Below, piece after piece: positions 11,401 through 24,700 of a stretch of DNA of 64,000 nucleotides. Source of the DNA: Bilabrum cf. latius (Eukaryota); contig OZ237748.1 in assembly GCA_965178125.1 (NCBI GenBank), positions 62,001-126,000 of the forward strand, read 5' to 3'. The notes beneath the pieces were generated by a model that was given only the letters and a program-made list of their open reading frames with translations, made no database searches and was not told where the DNA came from. The position numbers were made by a program, and so were the translations under genes. Each line of letters starts with the position of its first letter. Position 1 is the stretch's first letter.

Positions 11401-14400
11401 CGGTGCTGCAGGCCTGCGACAGCCGGCGGAGGGCTGGTCCAGGGAGCAACTGGCCGACGCAGTGGCCCCCGTGCCCCTGCCCGAGGCCGTGGCAGGCCGT
11501 TTGGCCGAGGAGGCCGACAGGAGGCAACGAGAGAGGGTGGCTCGGCTGCAGGCAGAGGCAGAGGCGGCGGCAGCGGCGGCTGCTGCGGGTGCTGCTGCGG
11601 GTGCTGGTGCGTCCGGGGAGGGTCTTGATGCGGGCCAGCAAGCGGCGGGAGCTGGAGCTGGGACCGAGGGTGAGGTGCAAGGACCCGAGTCTGGCGGTGG
11701 CGCTGGCGCTGGAGGGGGGCGCTCTGGTGCCGCACCAGCAGCAGAGGGGGAGGGCAGCGACAGCAAAGTAGAAGAGGGCGACTAGGAGGACGAGCACGAC
11801 GGTGGGGGCACAACCGGTGCTTCCACTGGTGCTTCCTCTGGTGCCGGTGAGTCGTCCGCAGCCGGCAATCAGCTCGCTAGTCGTGCCGTGGGAGGCCTAT
11901 CTCTCCTCGTCAAAGCAGTGGGTGGAGGCACCGCCCACATCGCACTGCCCCCGGGTGCAACGGCTGGTGATGCTCTAGGCCTGGCGATCGAGCAGCTGCC
12001 TGCTCTTCAGGAGAAACTCACGGCCAGCGGGCTGGAGCTGGGCGAGGCCCTGACATAGAGACGACTGGTGCTGCTGCACGCGGGCCAGAAGCAGGACCCG
12101 GGTGCCGACCTTCACGCGCTCGGTCTCGCCCAGGAATCCGCAGTGTTCGCCATGTGGATGCAGGCCGCTGCACCCTCCGGGCCACCGGCTGCTGAGCGCG
12201 GCTCGTCTGCCTCGAGCGGGGCAGAGGCCGGTGGCACCGGTGAAGGGGGGCAGGAGGAGGAGGAGGAGGACAGGGGCGAGGACGGCCTGGAGGAAGAGGC
12301 GGCCGGCGGTGATGGCGATGGAGCCGGGGGGGAGGAGGATGGAGAGGGGGGTGCGAGTGCAGTGGATGCGGAGGGAGGAGCGGGGGGCGAGCAGCAGCAG
12401 GAGGCAGAGGATGACGGTGCGACGGGCGCATTCCCGTACATGCTTACCAAGCCGCAGCTGATTGCGCAGGCCCAGCCAGGGTTCAGCGAGTCATTGAGGA
12501 ACGAGCGCATCCGCATCAGCCACAAGGGCTCAGTGGCCGAGAGCACCCGCACATGGTCCTCTGCGGCTCTCAGGGGAGAGCCGTTCAGCAGAGGCAGACG
12601 GTCATGGCTGGTGGCCATTCTCAGCGCGGAGCACGCGTGCGGGTGCGCCGTGGGACTGGCGGAGGCCTCTCGGTTCGACTTCCACAAGCAGAACCTGGGG
12701 GCGCAGGATGGGAGCTGGGCCTACTCCAAGACGGGCAAGAAGGGCGCGCACGGGCGCGGCTTCCTGTCCTTCGGGAAGGCATACAGGACTGGCGATGAGC
12801 TTGAGATCGACGTGGATCTGCTGGGGGGCGAGCTTAGGTTTTGGAGGAACGGAGAGCTGCAGAGCGGGGGCCCCGCCTGGTCCTCTGAGATCAAGGGGAG
12901 GTCCGTGCTGCCTGCGGTGTGCCTGGGGTCCAACACGGGGAACAGGCTGACTCGGGTGGCTGTGAGGGTGCCCCCGGTGAGGGCCTTTGATCCTGCCAGG
13001 TCGCACCACCGCATGCGCTTCGATGACGCGGGGTCCACGGCGTATAACGACGGCAAGTGGGCCACGGCCGTGGCGGCGCACGCGGGGATCTCCCAGGGAA
13101 CAATTGCCTTCAGCGTGAAGCTGACGGACGTGGAGTCCGGGGGCGGCGTGGCCATAGGCGTGGTTGACGGGTTCCTGTTTGACCACCGTCACGACAACCT
13201 GGGCGCCAGCAAGCACTCCTGGGCGTTCTCCAAGACGGGCAAGATCGGGCGCGGGAGGGGGTTCGAGCCCTATTCGCGAACATTCGGCGACGGCGACGTC
13301 ATCACGTGCCTGTGCGATGCCACGGCGGGTACTTTGCGGTTCTTCGTGAACGGCGTGGACCAGGGGTACGCCTTCTCCGCGGATGGGACCGCTTCTGGAT
13401 GCGATCCGGAGCTGAAAGGCAGGGTGCTCGTGCCTGCCGTGTGCCTCGGGTCCAGCACTGGTCACACCATGTGCCGGGTGCGGCTCATGCAGCAGGTTGT
13501 GATGCCCATCCTTCACTTCGATAGGTATACGGTCCGGAAGGGGGACGCCGGCGAGCCCATGGTCGCCTTCAACCGAGATGCAGCCCGGGCCGAGACCATG
13601 GGGGAGTGGACCACGGTCATGGCGCAGCACCCGGGGGTGAGGGACGGCTTCTTGACATTCGCGGTGAGGGTCGATTCAGCCGAATCCCACTGCGGGGCGG
13701 CCATCGGAGTGGCCGACGCAGTTCTATTCGAGCCGAAGCGTGCCAACCTGGGCGCCACCCCCAACTCCTGGGCCTACTCCAAGACGGGCAAGGCAGGCGA
13801 CGGCACCGGGACATTCAAGCCGTACGCTGAGAAATTCGCGTCGGGTGACGTCATCACCGTTGACTGTGACGTCAGCAAGGGCACGCTCCAGTACTTCAAG
13901 AACGGCATCCCGCTGGGCCTCGCCCCCGTGTCCCACTCGCTCAAGGGCAGAAGGCTTGTTCCTGGTGTGTGCATCGGGTCCAACCACCAGAGCAGGTACT
14001 CGGCGCTGTCACTGTGCCCCCCCTGCGCGGTGAGGTGGGACCAGAGGCTCTGCAATCGTCACATCCAGCTGGACGGTCCCCACGGGGCCTCGAGGGCATA
14101 CACGGACTACAAGTGGTGCACTGTCCTTGCCCAGCATCCGGGGGTGCGAGACGGCTGGCGCATGGCCTTCAAGGTGCTCGTGGGCCAGGCAGAGGCAGGG
14201 ATCGCCATCGGGCTGGCCGACCCGAGGTACTTTGACCCGCAGCAGCACAACCTGGGAGTGAACGGACACTCCTGGGCACTTTCCAAGAGCGGTAAGAGGT
14301 CGAGCGGGGAGGGATGGCAGACCTTCGCCAGCCGCCTCAGGCTCAAAGAAGGCGACGAGCTGGGCGTGTACGTGGATCTGAGGGACCCTGCCGGCCCCGC

Positions 14401-14683
14401 GAGCGACCTGGACGAGGCGGGGGCGCGCTGCCCCGACGACCGAGGATGCGTGGTGTTCTACCTCAACGGCAGGCGGCTGGGTGCGCAGGACCAGACCCAG
14501 GCCTTCGATGGCCTCTACGGACAGGGCCTGTGCCTGGTCCCCGCGCTGTGCATGGGTACCACGGCGGGTGGGGCCCCGGGGCAGGCGCAGCTGTCCCCCT
14601 TCCATCCACCGGACCATCCCACGGCGAACGGCGGCGACAGGGCGATGGAGGGCGGGCCAGCGACCGGTGGGGCCGACGCGTGA
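8496..14683 (+). CDS. PINK1-like Ser/Thr kinase + ubiquitin-like domain + 4 SPRY/B30.2 domains; probable intron 8625..9145
   Basis: One frame from 9146 to TGA 14681 with TAG at 9281, 10184, 10367, 10694, 11783 and 12056. Kinase motifs: LGGG*NGLV, YAMK, PHPNLV, HLDLKLDN, DFG, GGNPAHSAPEV, ADAFSAG. UBL at about 11897-12157. Four repeats of NLGA..SWAYSKTGK...GD.I...D...G.L.F..NG (SPRY). Exon 1 structure is inferred. Confidence 0.8.
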
Positions 14684-14719
14684 TAGAGCCAGCGACCGGT
14701 GGGGCCGACGCGTGATAGA
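14656..14719 (+). repeat. 32-bp tandem duplication spanning the kinase/SPRY stop codon
   Basis: GCCAGCGACCGGTGGGGCCGACGCGTGATAGA occurs twice, exactly. Confidence 0.9.
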
Positions 14720-17700
14720 GCTGACTGGCGCTAGGGGGTCGTTCTCTTCCTCTTTCAGCTCCTCCTCCTTTTCTTCTACTTCTTCTTCTCGATCGCCTTC
14801 GATTCGGCGTCGATTCGATTGGGTGCGTGGCGCACCCCTACATGCACTGCACTGCAGTGGGCTGCACTGTGCTTCGACTGGCAACATTCGATGGTGTGTC
14901 GGCGGTGGCGCCACCAGCAGCAGCAGCAGCAATAGCAGCAGCAGCAATAGCAGCAGCAGCAGCATGTTCTACACTTCAACAACAACAACAACAACAACTA
15001 CAAAAACTTCATCCAACTCCTCCCCCCGTGACTCCGCGGTATCGCCATCCCTCGGCCAGCGCCCTCCAACCCTTTGCTCGCCTGCCTGTCCCCGTCGCGG
15101 GTACGTGTGGGCAAAGGGGCGGCTAGGATGGACGATGGCGGGATGGCCGCGGTGGCCCGGGGGCTGCCCGGCTGGGAACATATTTGCCCCCGCGATCTGG
15201 GGTAGCGTGACATGCAGCGTGTCCTGTTCCGTGTCCCAGCCGGCCTTCCCTCCTTCAATCCTTTCCTCCTCTCCCTCTGATTCCTCCGTCCAGTCGGTCC
15301 GTAGCGCACCCGGGTGCGGGGTGCAGGCGCTTTACTTCAGCCGGCACTGTGGCGCTGGTTGCCAGACTGGACGTGATCATCGCGCGGTTCTGCCCTTGCA
15401 TGCAAGGGGTGCAAGGCGGCCCAGGCAGGCGGGCTTTCTGTCGTTCATTGACTCGAAACCACGCGATTCCTTCATTCTACACCCACTCATCCGCAACTGC
15501 AATTAGCCTTTCACGAGCCTCTGTCCATCCTGGATACCCAAGACGGATTGGGTGCGTACTAGATCTACTCTGTATTCACTCTGGCAGCAAAGGCAGCAGG
15601 TACACACCACGAGCTCGCTTCTGTTTCACCCAACGACAGAATGGCTGTGACCATTCTGGCATCCGGCAAAGCTAAATGCGCCTGAACCTTCTTCGTACCC
15701 AGCATTCTCTAGGCGTTGAAAGTACTCGGTACGAAGGCGATCTTGATGTGCCGTGATCAGTTGTACTTCTCCTTTGGCTGCTCCTGCTCTAGCTCTTGGT
15801 CGGCCGCGAAATTGCCTGTGATAGCACCGAGTGCTACTTAACACTCCGTGTAGCTGGCTTTCGAGAAGCAGCTGCATGCTACTACTTGCTGGCTATACTC
15901 AGGGCATGCGTTGGGAACAATGCCTAAGGGCGCGAATGACGAGCCTGCTACTACTAGTAGTACTGGTAGTCATCGGCACTGCCACTGGCAGCAGTGCATG
16001 CATCCCTTGCCTCTTTGCCGGCGGGCTGGATGGGCTTGCCCGGGACAGCCTCCGCCACAGTCTGCTAAGAAAAGCAAATATATCCAAAAAGGTGGAAATG
16101 TGCGCCTACTGTAAAAACAACACGTGGTCGATACAGTTAAACCGACCCGCCCCGTCACACCAAGTCCCGAGCAGAGCCCGAGGTCCCGAGGCACGGTCAC
16201 CGCGAGCCAATGCGAGCTTTTCTGACGCACCTCTGCACCACTCCTCACCTCCAGCTGCTTTGCAATTTTTCGAATGCACAAGAAAGATCCGATTGGGTAC
16301 CGTTTGATGTCTGCATTGGAAAGTTGGTGCGTTGTGCAGCCGGACGCACTCTCGGCGGCATCCGTGCCACCACTGGCAGGCTCAACCTACTCGCAAGGTC
16401 TGCTTGAAATGGGCCCATCAACACATTTACCGGAAGGCATTTGTCCGATGCAGCTTTCTACGGAAGGGTATCTTCTGAGATTGTTGGTTGTGTGGCACAC
16501 TTGCTGCCGCAGTTCCGCTATTGGATGGGCCGGCGTCACTGTGTTGTTTACTGCCGGATCAAACCCGCCGGCATTAGACCATTGCAACCGCACCCTGACC
16601 ACCGCATGCCAACTTTGATACTCCAGCGTAGTACTTAAATATAGATCAAAATGCAAATTTCAATGCCAGTAATTCAGTCAATGTTTTGCCTTTTACCGTG
16701 CCAGCCCTAGAATACCCTCGCCCTCCTCGCCAATAGCTCTTGTTGCCGATGCAAGCAGTGCTTCCGCCGGCGCATCCTGGCCCAAAACGCCCAAGTGGCC
16801 CATCCGTAATCTGGATGCAACAGACCGACGCATTAATTAAATTGCCTTTGCTTGCCCTGCACTGCCCTCACGCTTGCCGAGTATCAGCCACCTGCTCTTG
16901 CCTCCACCGCGCATCACGTGGCGTTTCTTGCACTCGACATTATCTCTACTCCACCTGCTGTACTGCCGAGGCCGGCGTGAGTCGCCCAGGCACCATGAAA
17001 ACGCCTTAAGAAGCTTCGTTAGTCCGCCAACACATCGTGGCATGTATTTACTGCACTGGCATGCGCTGGCATCCCCTACAATCTCAGGCACGATCGGCAG
17101 CAGCGCCACTGTCCTCACACGCTGTGTGCGGGTCCATCGGCGATGCGGGGCGGACCAAGGCGGCAGCTACGGTGCCACCCGATGCACGGCCCGAGCAAAA
17201 TAGGTTTCTGTGCGTCCTTTTGAGCGCCGGGTGTTGATCCTTGCCCCACGGTGAATCTTGGCTCGCCCAACTCGGGTTGCTCTGGCAGAGTGGCAGCAGC
17301 CTGGGCCTGCCGTGTCACTTTGCGGCTGAGTGCCGGCTGCAGGCGTTTCCTTTACTTCCTTACAGTCCCTATTTCGGTTTGGAGTAATTCTACTGCAAAG
17401 CCTTGTCAGGGTAGGGAATAGGATTGGACCGGAAGAGAATGGCTTGTGCGAGCCGGTAGCTGTCCTTGCGGGTTGGTTCGATTTCGGTCCGGGCGAGCTT
17501 GGGTGGCGATGCTTCCGACCTGTCTCAATTCTCTTGGTCCTAACGAGCATGGTGAGCTCCTGCGCGACAATGGTATCAGAATCTAATAGCCGGGTTCTTT
17601 GATTCGATGTGGTCGGTGAGCGCGTGGTCAAAACGCTAGCTCGCATTGAGGTTGGTATGCTGGGACAGAATATATCAGGATCCTTTGGAAGGCTACAAAG

Positions 17701-18174
17701 CACTTGATTTCAGTTGCTAGGTTTCGTTGACCACACAACTCTTACCGTTTTCTATCTTTCAAAATGTCGCATGGTAGATATCGTGTTTCTCGCGCCGCCA
17801 AGGCATCGAGGCCTGAAAACGCCGTTCCTGCTCGTAGTCCTTTTGCACCCAGCATGCGGCGTCGAGCCTGGCTCAAGATCGCCTGCCGTGTCAAGAAATG
17901 ATTCATCGACTACTGCTGAACTCATGGTTGTTCGTTGATCCGGGATATGCTCGCAATCGACGGGTGCCGTTTTATTCCGTAGAGGATGTGAACACTTCCA
18001 CAGGAATACTCCTTTTCGAGGTTCGAGTGTTCTTGCGAACGAACATGCAACGAAGGTAATGTGAAGGTTCGTCGCGTCGCAAAACCAATCTCGAAATGAC
18101 TATGCTTCTCTCATAGAACACCAAATCAGAATACTTGGTTTCTAAATTGATATGCACCATGCCATTGGCGCCGG

Positions 18175-21100
18175 TCACCGATCCAGCTCGCCGTCCCAGT
18201 GTGACAGCTGCTCGTGCTTCACCCATGCCAGGCGCTCTATGGCTCTTCTTGCCCTAGGCCCACGCACACCTCTAGATGTGCCAATCACGCCCACGCTCGA
18301 GTGTGATGGCTCGCCCACCATCCTGACCTGGTACTTGTTTCGGCTGCTGTCCGCCTTGACCACCACCGCACGGCAGGGCCTCGGCGCTGGCCGGCCCACC
18401 TGCTGATACTATGAACCAGCACCACCCATGTACGCCGGCACCGGCATCTCGATTCTTGGGCAATTCGCACGGTCTTCGCTTCCTACTTCCGCGCCAAGCC
18501 CGTCACTAGCACTCGTCACACTCACGATATCCCCCGGGTCGAACCGCTCCCTCACCTCAGGCATGGGCACCCCCTCCCTGACCGCCCCGTCGTCGAACTG
18601 AACCTTCAATCGACGCACAACCGGGCTGATGTGAAGCACCCGGCCTGGGTAGAACAGTCGCCTGGGCCCAAACCTGCACTCTAGCCTATCGCCTTTCCTC
18701 CAGTCGTCCTGCGCCTCTTGGAGTTGAAGGAGCCTATGCCTCCACTCGATGGATTGGCGGCGAGCACTAACCCGATAGGATGATACCTGCACACTCGAAT
18801 TGGTCCCGGCTCGGGCTGCTCTGACTTGCTGACTGTCGGCTTCTCCTGGAGGTGACGCTGCCTGCGTGGCCCGGTGGAATACATCGATTGAGGCCAGGGC
18901 GCCAGAGGCTGGGGCTTTTGAACTGGCAGCGCTCTCGTAGAGGTCAACATCTACTGCGGTTCCATGGTCTCGTGCGGGCCCATGTGCGGCTCGGGGCTCG
19001 GAAATAGCCGAGTGTGCTACGTTGCCTATGCCAGATCCACCAAGATGCGTGCCGCCATGAGCAATATCGGACCTCGATGCACACGTCACTGTGATTTCGC
19101 CTGCTCCTCTGCCAGACAGCAAATCAGTGTCTCCGCTCAGCAACCCGATCGATTCGTCGTCTTTACCCATAGACTAAGCCAGCACATCGCCCCTCAAGTG
19201 TTGCCGAGCCTCATCTGGCAGCGGTACGCGTGACCACCAGCAGTCGGAACATGATTCGGTCCGAGCCTTGGATCCGATACCTTCACTGCTGCGTGTTACG
19301 ACAGCACTAGCTGAAGGGCCTGTGCCATGGAATAGGGCCCTAACTAGGCATGCTCGCAGGAACCACACATATGGCACCCAGTCGCGACCAAACACCGGCG
19401 CCTACACAAGATTCCGACCTGCCCCGCTCGACTGGCCAAAGGATGCTGCAGGTGCACATTTGGTCGCACCCCCTACGTCTACAGAGCCCTCTGATATGGC
19501 CTATTTGAGCTCCTGGATCCCCCTTGCAATGGCTGCAGGTGGTAGTACCACGCCAAGCTAAAAGCAAATGTCCGCAAATCCCGCCTCGCTCACGTGCCCC
19601 GTGCCCAGCGGATCTGCAGACTGCAGGCAGACGAACCGATGGCTGGCTCCAATGGAAATGTGAAGCCTGCCTCCCTCGCTGGAAGCTCGCACCGCCACAC
19701 GCAGCGCGTCAACCAATGAATCTGCGACACGTGACATGTGCGGGTAGGCCACGTTGGGGTCGAATGTAGACAGATTATAGCCGGTGCTAGGGCCAGGCCC
19801 AGGGCTACCGCTCGCATGTCTCTCCATCCAATCCCCTCCGAAACCATGCCGCCGTGTCATGGTCTATATGCCCTCAAAATGTCCATGGCTGGCATGCGGC
19901 TGCTACTTACTATGTGTTCCATTTCGAACTGTTGTTCCAGCATCCTGCGCAGATCGCCCATCACCTCCCCCCACACCCGTCTCGCCACTCAATCCACCCC
20001 CCCTGACCACCTGGACCACGTCAGTTTCCGCCACGCCCCTCTCCACCATTGGCTCCGAGTCCATCCGCCTACCAACATCACCCGCCCGCATAACGTGCAG
20101 GTACTCAACGGCTAGTTCCCTTCCCCCCGTCCTGGGGTTGATCCCGATCGATTGCACCCTCCCGCGCCTCAGCCTGCCCGGGTCCCTCCTCCACGGCACG
20201 AGCACAACATCGCCGAGCTGGATCCCGAGCCCAGGGGCAGCAACATCGGTAGCTCCAGTGCCATGCGAGTTGTCGAACTGCATGGGGGAAGTTGCATGCC
20301 CGAGGTCAGCCTCGCTCACGCCCAGCTCATGCGCCCCCGAGCGGTGGTAGCTCACGTGGTACCGCGCCGTACCACTGGCCCTGCCTCTGGGCACCACTTG
20401 CTCCACGCGGGCGAGACACCACAGTTTACCATATCTGCACGCTACCTCCACCCAGTCCCCTGCTGCGAACCTTGGTCGCCTGCGCTGGCCTGGTCCGAAA
20501 CTGGCCCTGGCCCGCCTGAGGCTCTCGTAGACTCTTGCTGCTTCACTTGCAGGCCTCCCAGCTTGCTATTCCTGCTTCCCGGCTGATTTCAATTCCCCGT
20601 GCGGGCTACTAGATTGGTCGCTAGCATCACACTGTCGCTAAATCGCTTGATTGTTCCCTCCAGCCTCTCCGCTCTCTGCAGAGGACTGGCCAGGGGATGT
20701 CGGTCCCTCGGGGGCAAGCTGGGCTCCGCCCGACGTATCAATCTGCACCTGTGGACTGATGTATTCGCAAGTTGCGGTCAATTTCTCCGGGTTGGTTTGC
20801 GATATAGTGGCATGGATAATCTCAGGAACTTGCGACTCGCTCTACTGCTGGCCTGTCACCATGCTGCACCCCCCTGTGTCGGTCCCAGGGTGTATGTCCA
20901 GGGGGGGAGATACACGGCTTGCATCCTCGCTAGTCTTGCCCTGCTGGTCTAGGCGCTTGTTGCCCTGGCTATCTGTGGATGCGTTCTGGGGAGATTCGAC
21001 GGGCGCGTCGTGGCCTCCTTCTGTCGCTGCCTTAGGGTGCACTGCCTGAAGGTGCACTGCACCGCTGTCGTCACCGTCACTGCTGACATCCATCGATTCT

Positions 21101-21516
21101 GGGCTAATTGCGTCCGCTCCATCTGCTGCTGGACGATCAAATTGGACCTGAAGTAGTTCATTAGTCTCCAACGCACTGCCTGCTCCACCTTCGCACGACG
21201 AACTAGAGCTCGGCTTGTGCAGATCCATAGGATTGGCCGTGGTGACCTGATTCACAGCAGCCGTGCTGTCTCCGATGGGGGTACTTTCTTGCTTCTACGA
21301 TTTATCAACAGCATTCAAACTGTCTATGCTGACTGCAGTTGTTGGTTCCTTTTTAAATTGGGGCGTGCTCGTACTCGCACTACGGAGGTGCTCCGGAAAC
21401 ACAAGAATCGAAACTCGAGCCTGGTCGAGGAGCACCTAAACCTGACCGCTCGATTTGAATTCTGTGATTGTACCAAGCTAGCCATATACACGCACTTTTG
21501 AACCAACTTCTTGCAT
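18175..21516 (-). CDS. Multi-Tudor/Agenet/KOW (SH3-fold) domain protein, ~1113 aa
   Basis: 3342-nt frame with 13 TAG and no internal TAA or TGA. Repeats include MQEVGSKVRVYG*LGTITEF, EVACRYGKLWCLARVEQV..YHVSY, IQLGDVVLVPW and WRKGDRLECRFG..FYPGRV..LKVQFDDG. The TGA at 18175 could instead overlap an intron donor. Confidence 0.7.
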
Positions 21517-21795
21517 ATTGGGCTAGAAAATGCTTGAGTCGAGCACGACGGAGCTGCGGAACCAGGTTGTGGCGCCGCGCTTGGTGGACTGCCGCGTAAT
21601 TTGACAAATCGTAACTTATAGCCAATACTAGCCAATTATTGCTGATTCTGATAACGTATTCGTATTAATTGTGTAATATACTATTGAATCACCGTATTTG
21701 TAGCGTGTGAACATATTGAAATAAGTCAGGCGAGGTGTTGATCGCTTGCTACCGGCTGGTTTGAGCTCTTACCAGCCCATTGTTGATCTCTGACC

Positions 21796-24700
21796 ATGGC
21801 AAGCGGCTAGGCTAGCATGAGCAATCCATCTAATGATGGGAATAGGCGCCGAGCGGTTGGGACGCTCGGCATACTCGGTAGTACATGCGCTGCAACTGTG
21901 AAGCACGTGCAGCGCAGGTGGTACACTTGCATTGGGGTGTCATCACAGCGACAATCTGACGATTGCTGCACTTGCAAAGTCAGATTTGGTCGCTCTTGCA
22001 TAACGTTGGCTGTCGTGATACTTCTTCTTGCTGGTCTCGTTTCGATAGCGGCGGAGGCGATTCGGCTCGCACGATTGGGCGACAGCGGCCTGGGCTCGCT
22101 CCACGGACCGACCGCTGCGGGCGCGTCAGCAAGTAGACCGGCTGCGTTTCTCTCTGATACCCCCGAGCTGGCGGACAGCGGTGCCCTCCTCGAGCTCCAA
22201 TCCACCCGTGGAGCCAAGCCGAGCTCCCCCGGGGTAGGCATCCCCACCGACACCCTGCTGCAGCAGCAGCAGCAGTAGAAGCAGGCCGCCAGCGAGCATG
22301 TCTCAAGCTCAGGCTCAAGCTGGCTGTATGGTGGCCCCGATATTGCGCCTGCCTATGGCGGGCCGGGCTTCGGGACAGTCCGCGTTTCACAGGCAGGGCA
22401 GGGACAGGGGCAGGGGCAGGACCAGGGTTAGTCTTCAGTTCAGCCCATGCATGTCGTTGTGGCTGCGGGCGACGCTTCAGGCGGTAGGACTGGCGGCGGC
22501 ATGCGACCACTGACACGCTCATCGCGGGACCTAGCGGAGCGATGGCCGCTGTGGGAGCGTGTGACGATTGCGTTGGGCTAGGCTGTAGACCGTGTTTGGC
22601 ACATGGCGGCTTCTTTGCCTGCACGTTTCCACTCATCTTCATCTTCGGATGCTGCTGCTGCACCGGCCGTGGATCCAGTCCTGGACGTGCTCGAGCCGAT
22701 GGGAGAGGCTGCAAGCGCGGGTGACTACGACAGGGCAGCAAAGCTGGGGAACAGCGGAAGGGGCCGTGGACGGGGCGGTGCCATGGGCAGAGACAGGGGG
22801 GTGGAGGCTCGAGCGGACAACCTGGGCGGTCTATCTTTCGAGTCTCGTTGGGCCCCCGAGCCGATTGACGTGGTGTACACGTGGGTGAACGGGAGCGATC
22901 CCCTGTGGCTGGCGCAGCTGAGGAGATTCAGGGCCATGGATTTGAGGAGGTAGAGCATGGCACAGGGTGAAGATGGAGGTGAAGGTGAAGACGGAGGTAA
23001 AGATGAAGGTGATGGTGGTGGTGGCGGTAGCCAAGGCACTGACAAGCAGGGTCGCGATCATGGTGAGGATGCAAGAATGGAAGGTGGGCACATTTCAGGG
23101 TCAGGCGACGCTGACTCCAACTCGCCTTGCAGCCGCCTGGGTATCGCATCGGCTGATCAAACTGGTAATGGAAGTGCTTTAGCGCCATTTACGTCGCATG
23201 GGTTGCATGCCACGGGCGCGATTCAGGCGGGTCTTGCGCTTACAGTGTCGCGGCAGGTGGGTCGCGCGGTGGTGGCCAGCGCGGTAGAGGCTCTGCGATT
23301 AAATGCATCGGGGGAGGCATCAGGTCCGTGGGACGCGGGGCTTGTGGAGGCCATGGTCGTGCGGAGTATGGGAGGACAGCTGCTGGGTGGGGTGCCGGGT
23401 GATGCGGCATTGGAAGGCGCGGCTGCGGGAGATGAACCGATGGATGGCAGAAGCAACAGGTTCAATGAGTCGAAGGAAGGTTCCTTGGAGCCGCAGTGCG
23501 GTGCAAATGGTGTGAAAGTCGCGGGCATCACGGATGCCTCCTGTCAGTGGGTAGGGGACGAGATGGCGTGCGAGGCACTGGCCCGGTTGGTGGCAAGGGT
23601 GCCTGCTGCGGCGCATGACCAAGAGCAGGGGAATGAGGATGGAAATGAGGACGGGAACGCTGCCAGTGATGAGGAATCCGCCACCTCAAGCAGCAGCACA
23701 AACAGCGGCGATGAGCGCGCCACAGGTGGCAGACCCAGCGATGGCAGCACAGACCAAGCAGATGCAGCCGTCGCAATGAGCAGCCCGTTTCCCGCCTTGA
23801 ACAGTAGCTCGTGTGTTCGTATGAATGTTTCCATTGCTGTGACTCTGCTTGGTCACGCGTGGTAGGGGTCCTGGTGGCCGGGTGCAGTGCACGCTGACAC
23901 ACCTCAGGAGGTGCAAGGCCGGCTACTGGTGGCAGCTGGATTCAGCGGAAGGAGCAGGCAGTCTGATGCAAGGTGGGCGGGCGTGCTGGAGGCAGGGGTG
24001 GGGTGGGTTAGGGACCGTGTGAATCGCACAATTAGGGCCGCAGATGCAGATGCAATGGAGGTGGAGATGCATACCGAGAATGGGCAGGTCCCGTCTGATG
24101 ATTCCGACTGGCAGCAGCAGCAGCAGGATGAGGAGGAGGAGGAGCGACATGGCTACTCCCACTTGGCTTGGATGTCCAGCACCGAGCAGCCCATGCCAGG
24201 TATACGGAAGGAAGCAGAGGAAGAAGGAGAAGAGCCGAGCGAGCATGGCCTTGGGGGAGCGCACAGCCATGGATCTGCCGGGCATATTGGCGGGGCGGAT
24301 AGCAGCAGAAGCGAGGGCAGGTCGGTCCATTGCGACGGCCCCGTGACTTGCGAGCAGAGCAGGTTCTGCCTGGAAGGCGACATGGAGCTGCACGAGTCCG
24401 AGGCACGTGTGACGAGTGCGATCTGCGGGGCGGCGCGGCATGCGACCAATGCATGGGAGGCGTTCAGCGCCCGGGAGGCCGCCGTGGAGGAGAGGCAGGC
24501 GGCGTGCGAAATGTGGAGGGAGGGCGAGGAGGCCAGCGCACGCGGGGGCGAAGGTGAGAGGGGCATCGATGACAGCACTCAGCAAGGGGATGACAAAGCG
24601 GGCGAGGGGGAGGGGGGCGATGATGCGGCCTCGGCAAGCCGGTACCGAGACAGCAACGAGCTCAAGTATTCGATGCGATCTCTCTTCAAGTACGCCCCTT

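Noticed and set aside
14720-18170. Genes between the kinase and Tudor loci, including the CAG/CAA microsatellite at ~14915-15000
   Set aside because: Some same-frame minus-strand ORFs join through TAG (15970-16656, 16837-17703), but there is no recognisable domain or reliable exon structure. Left uncalled.
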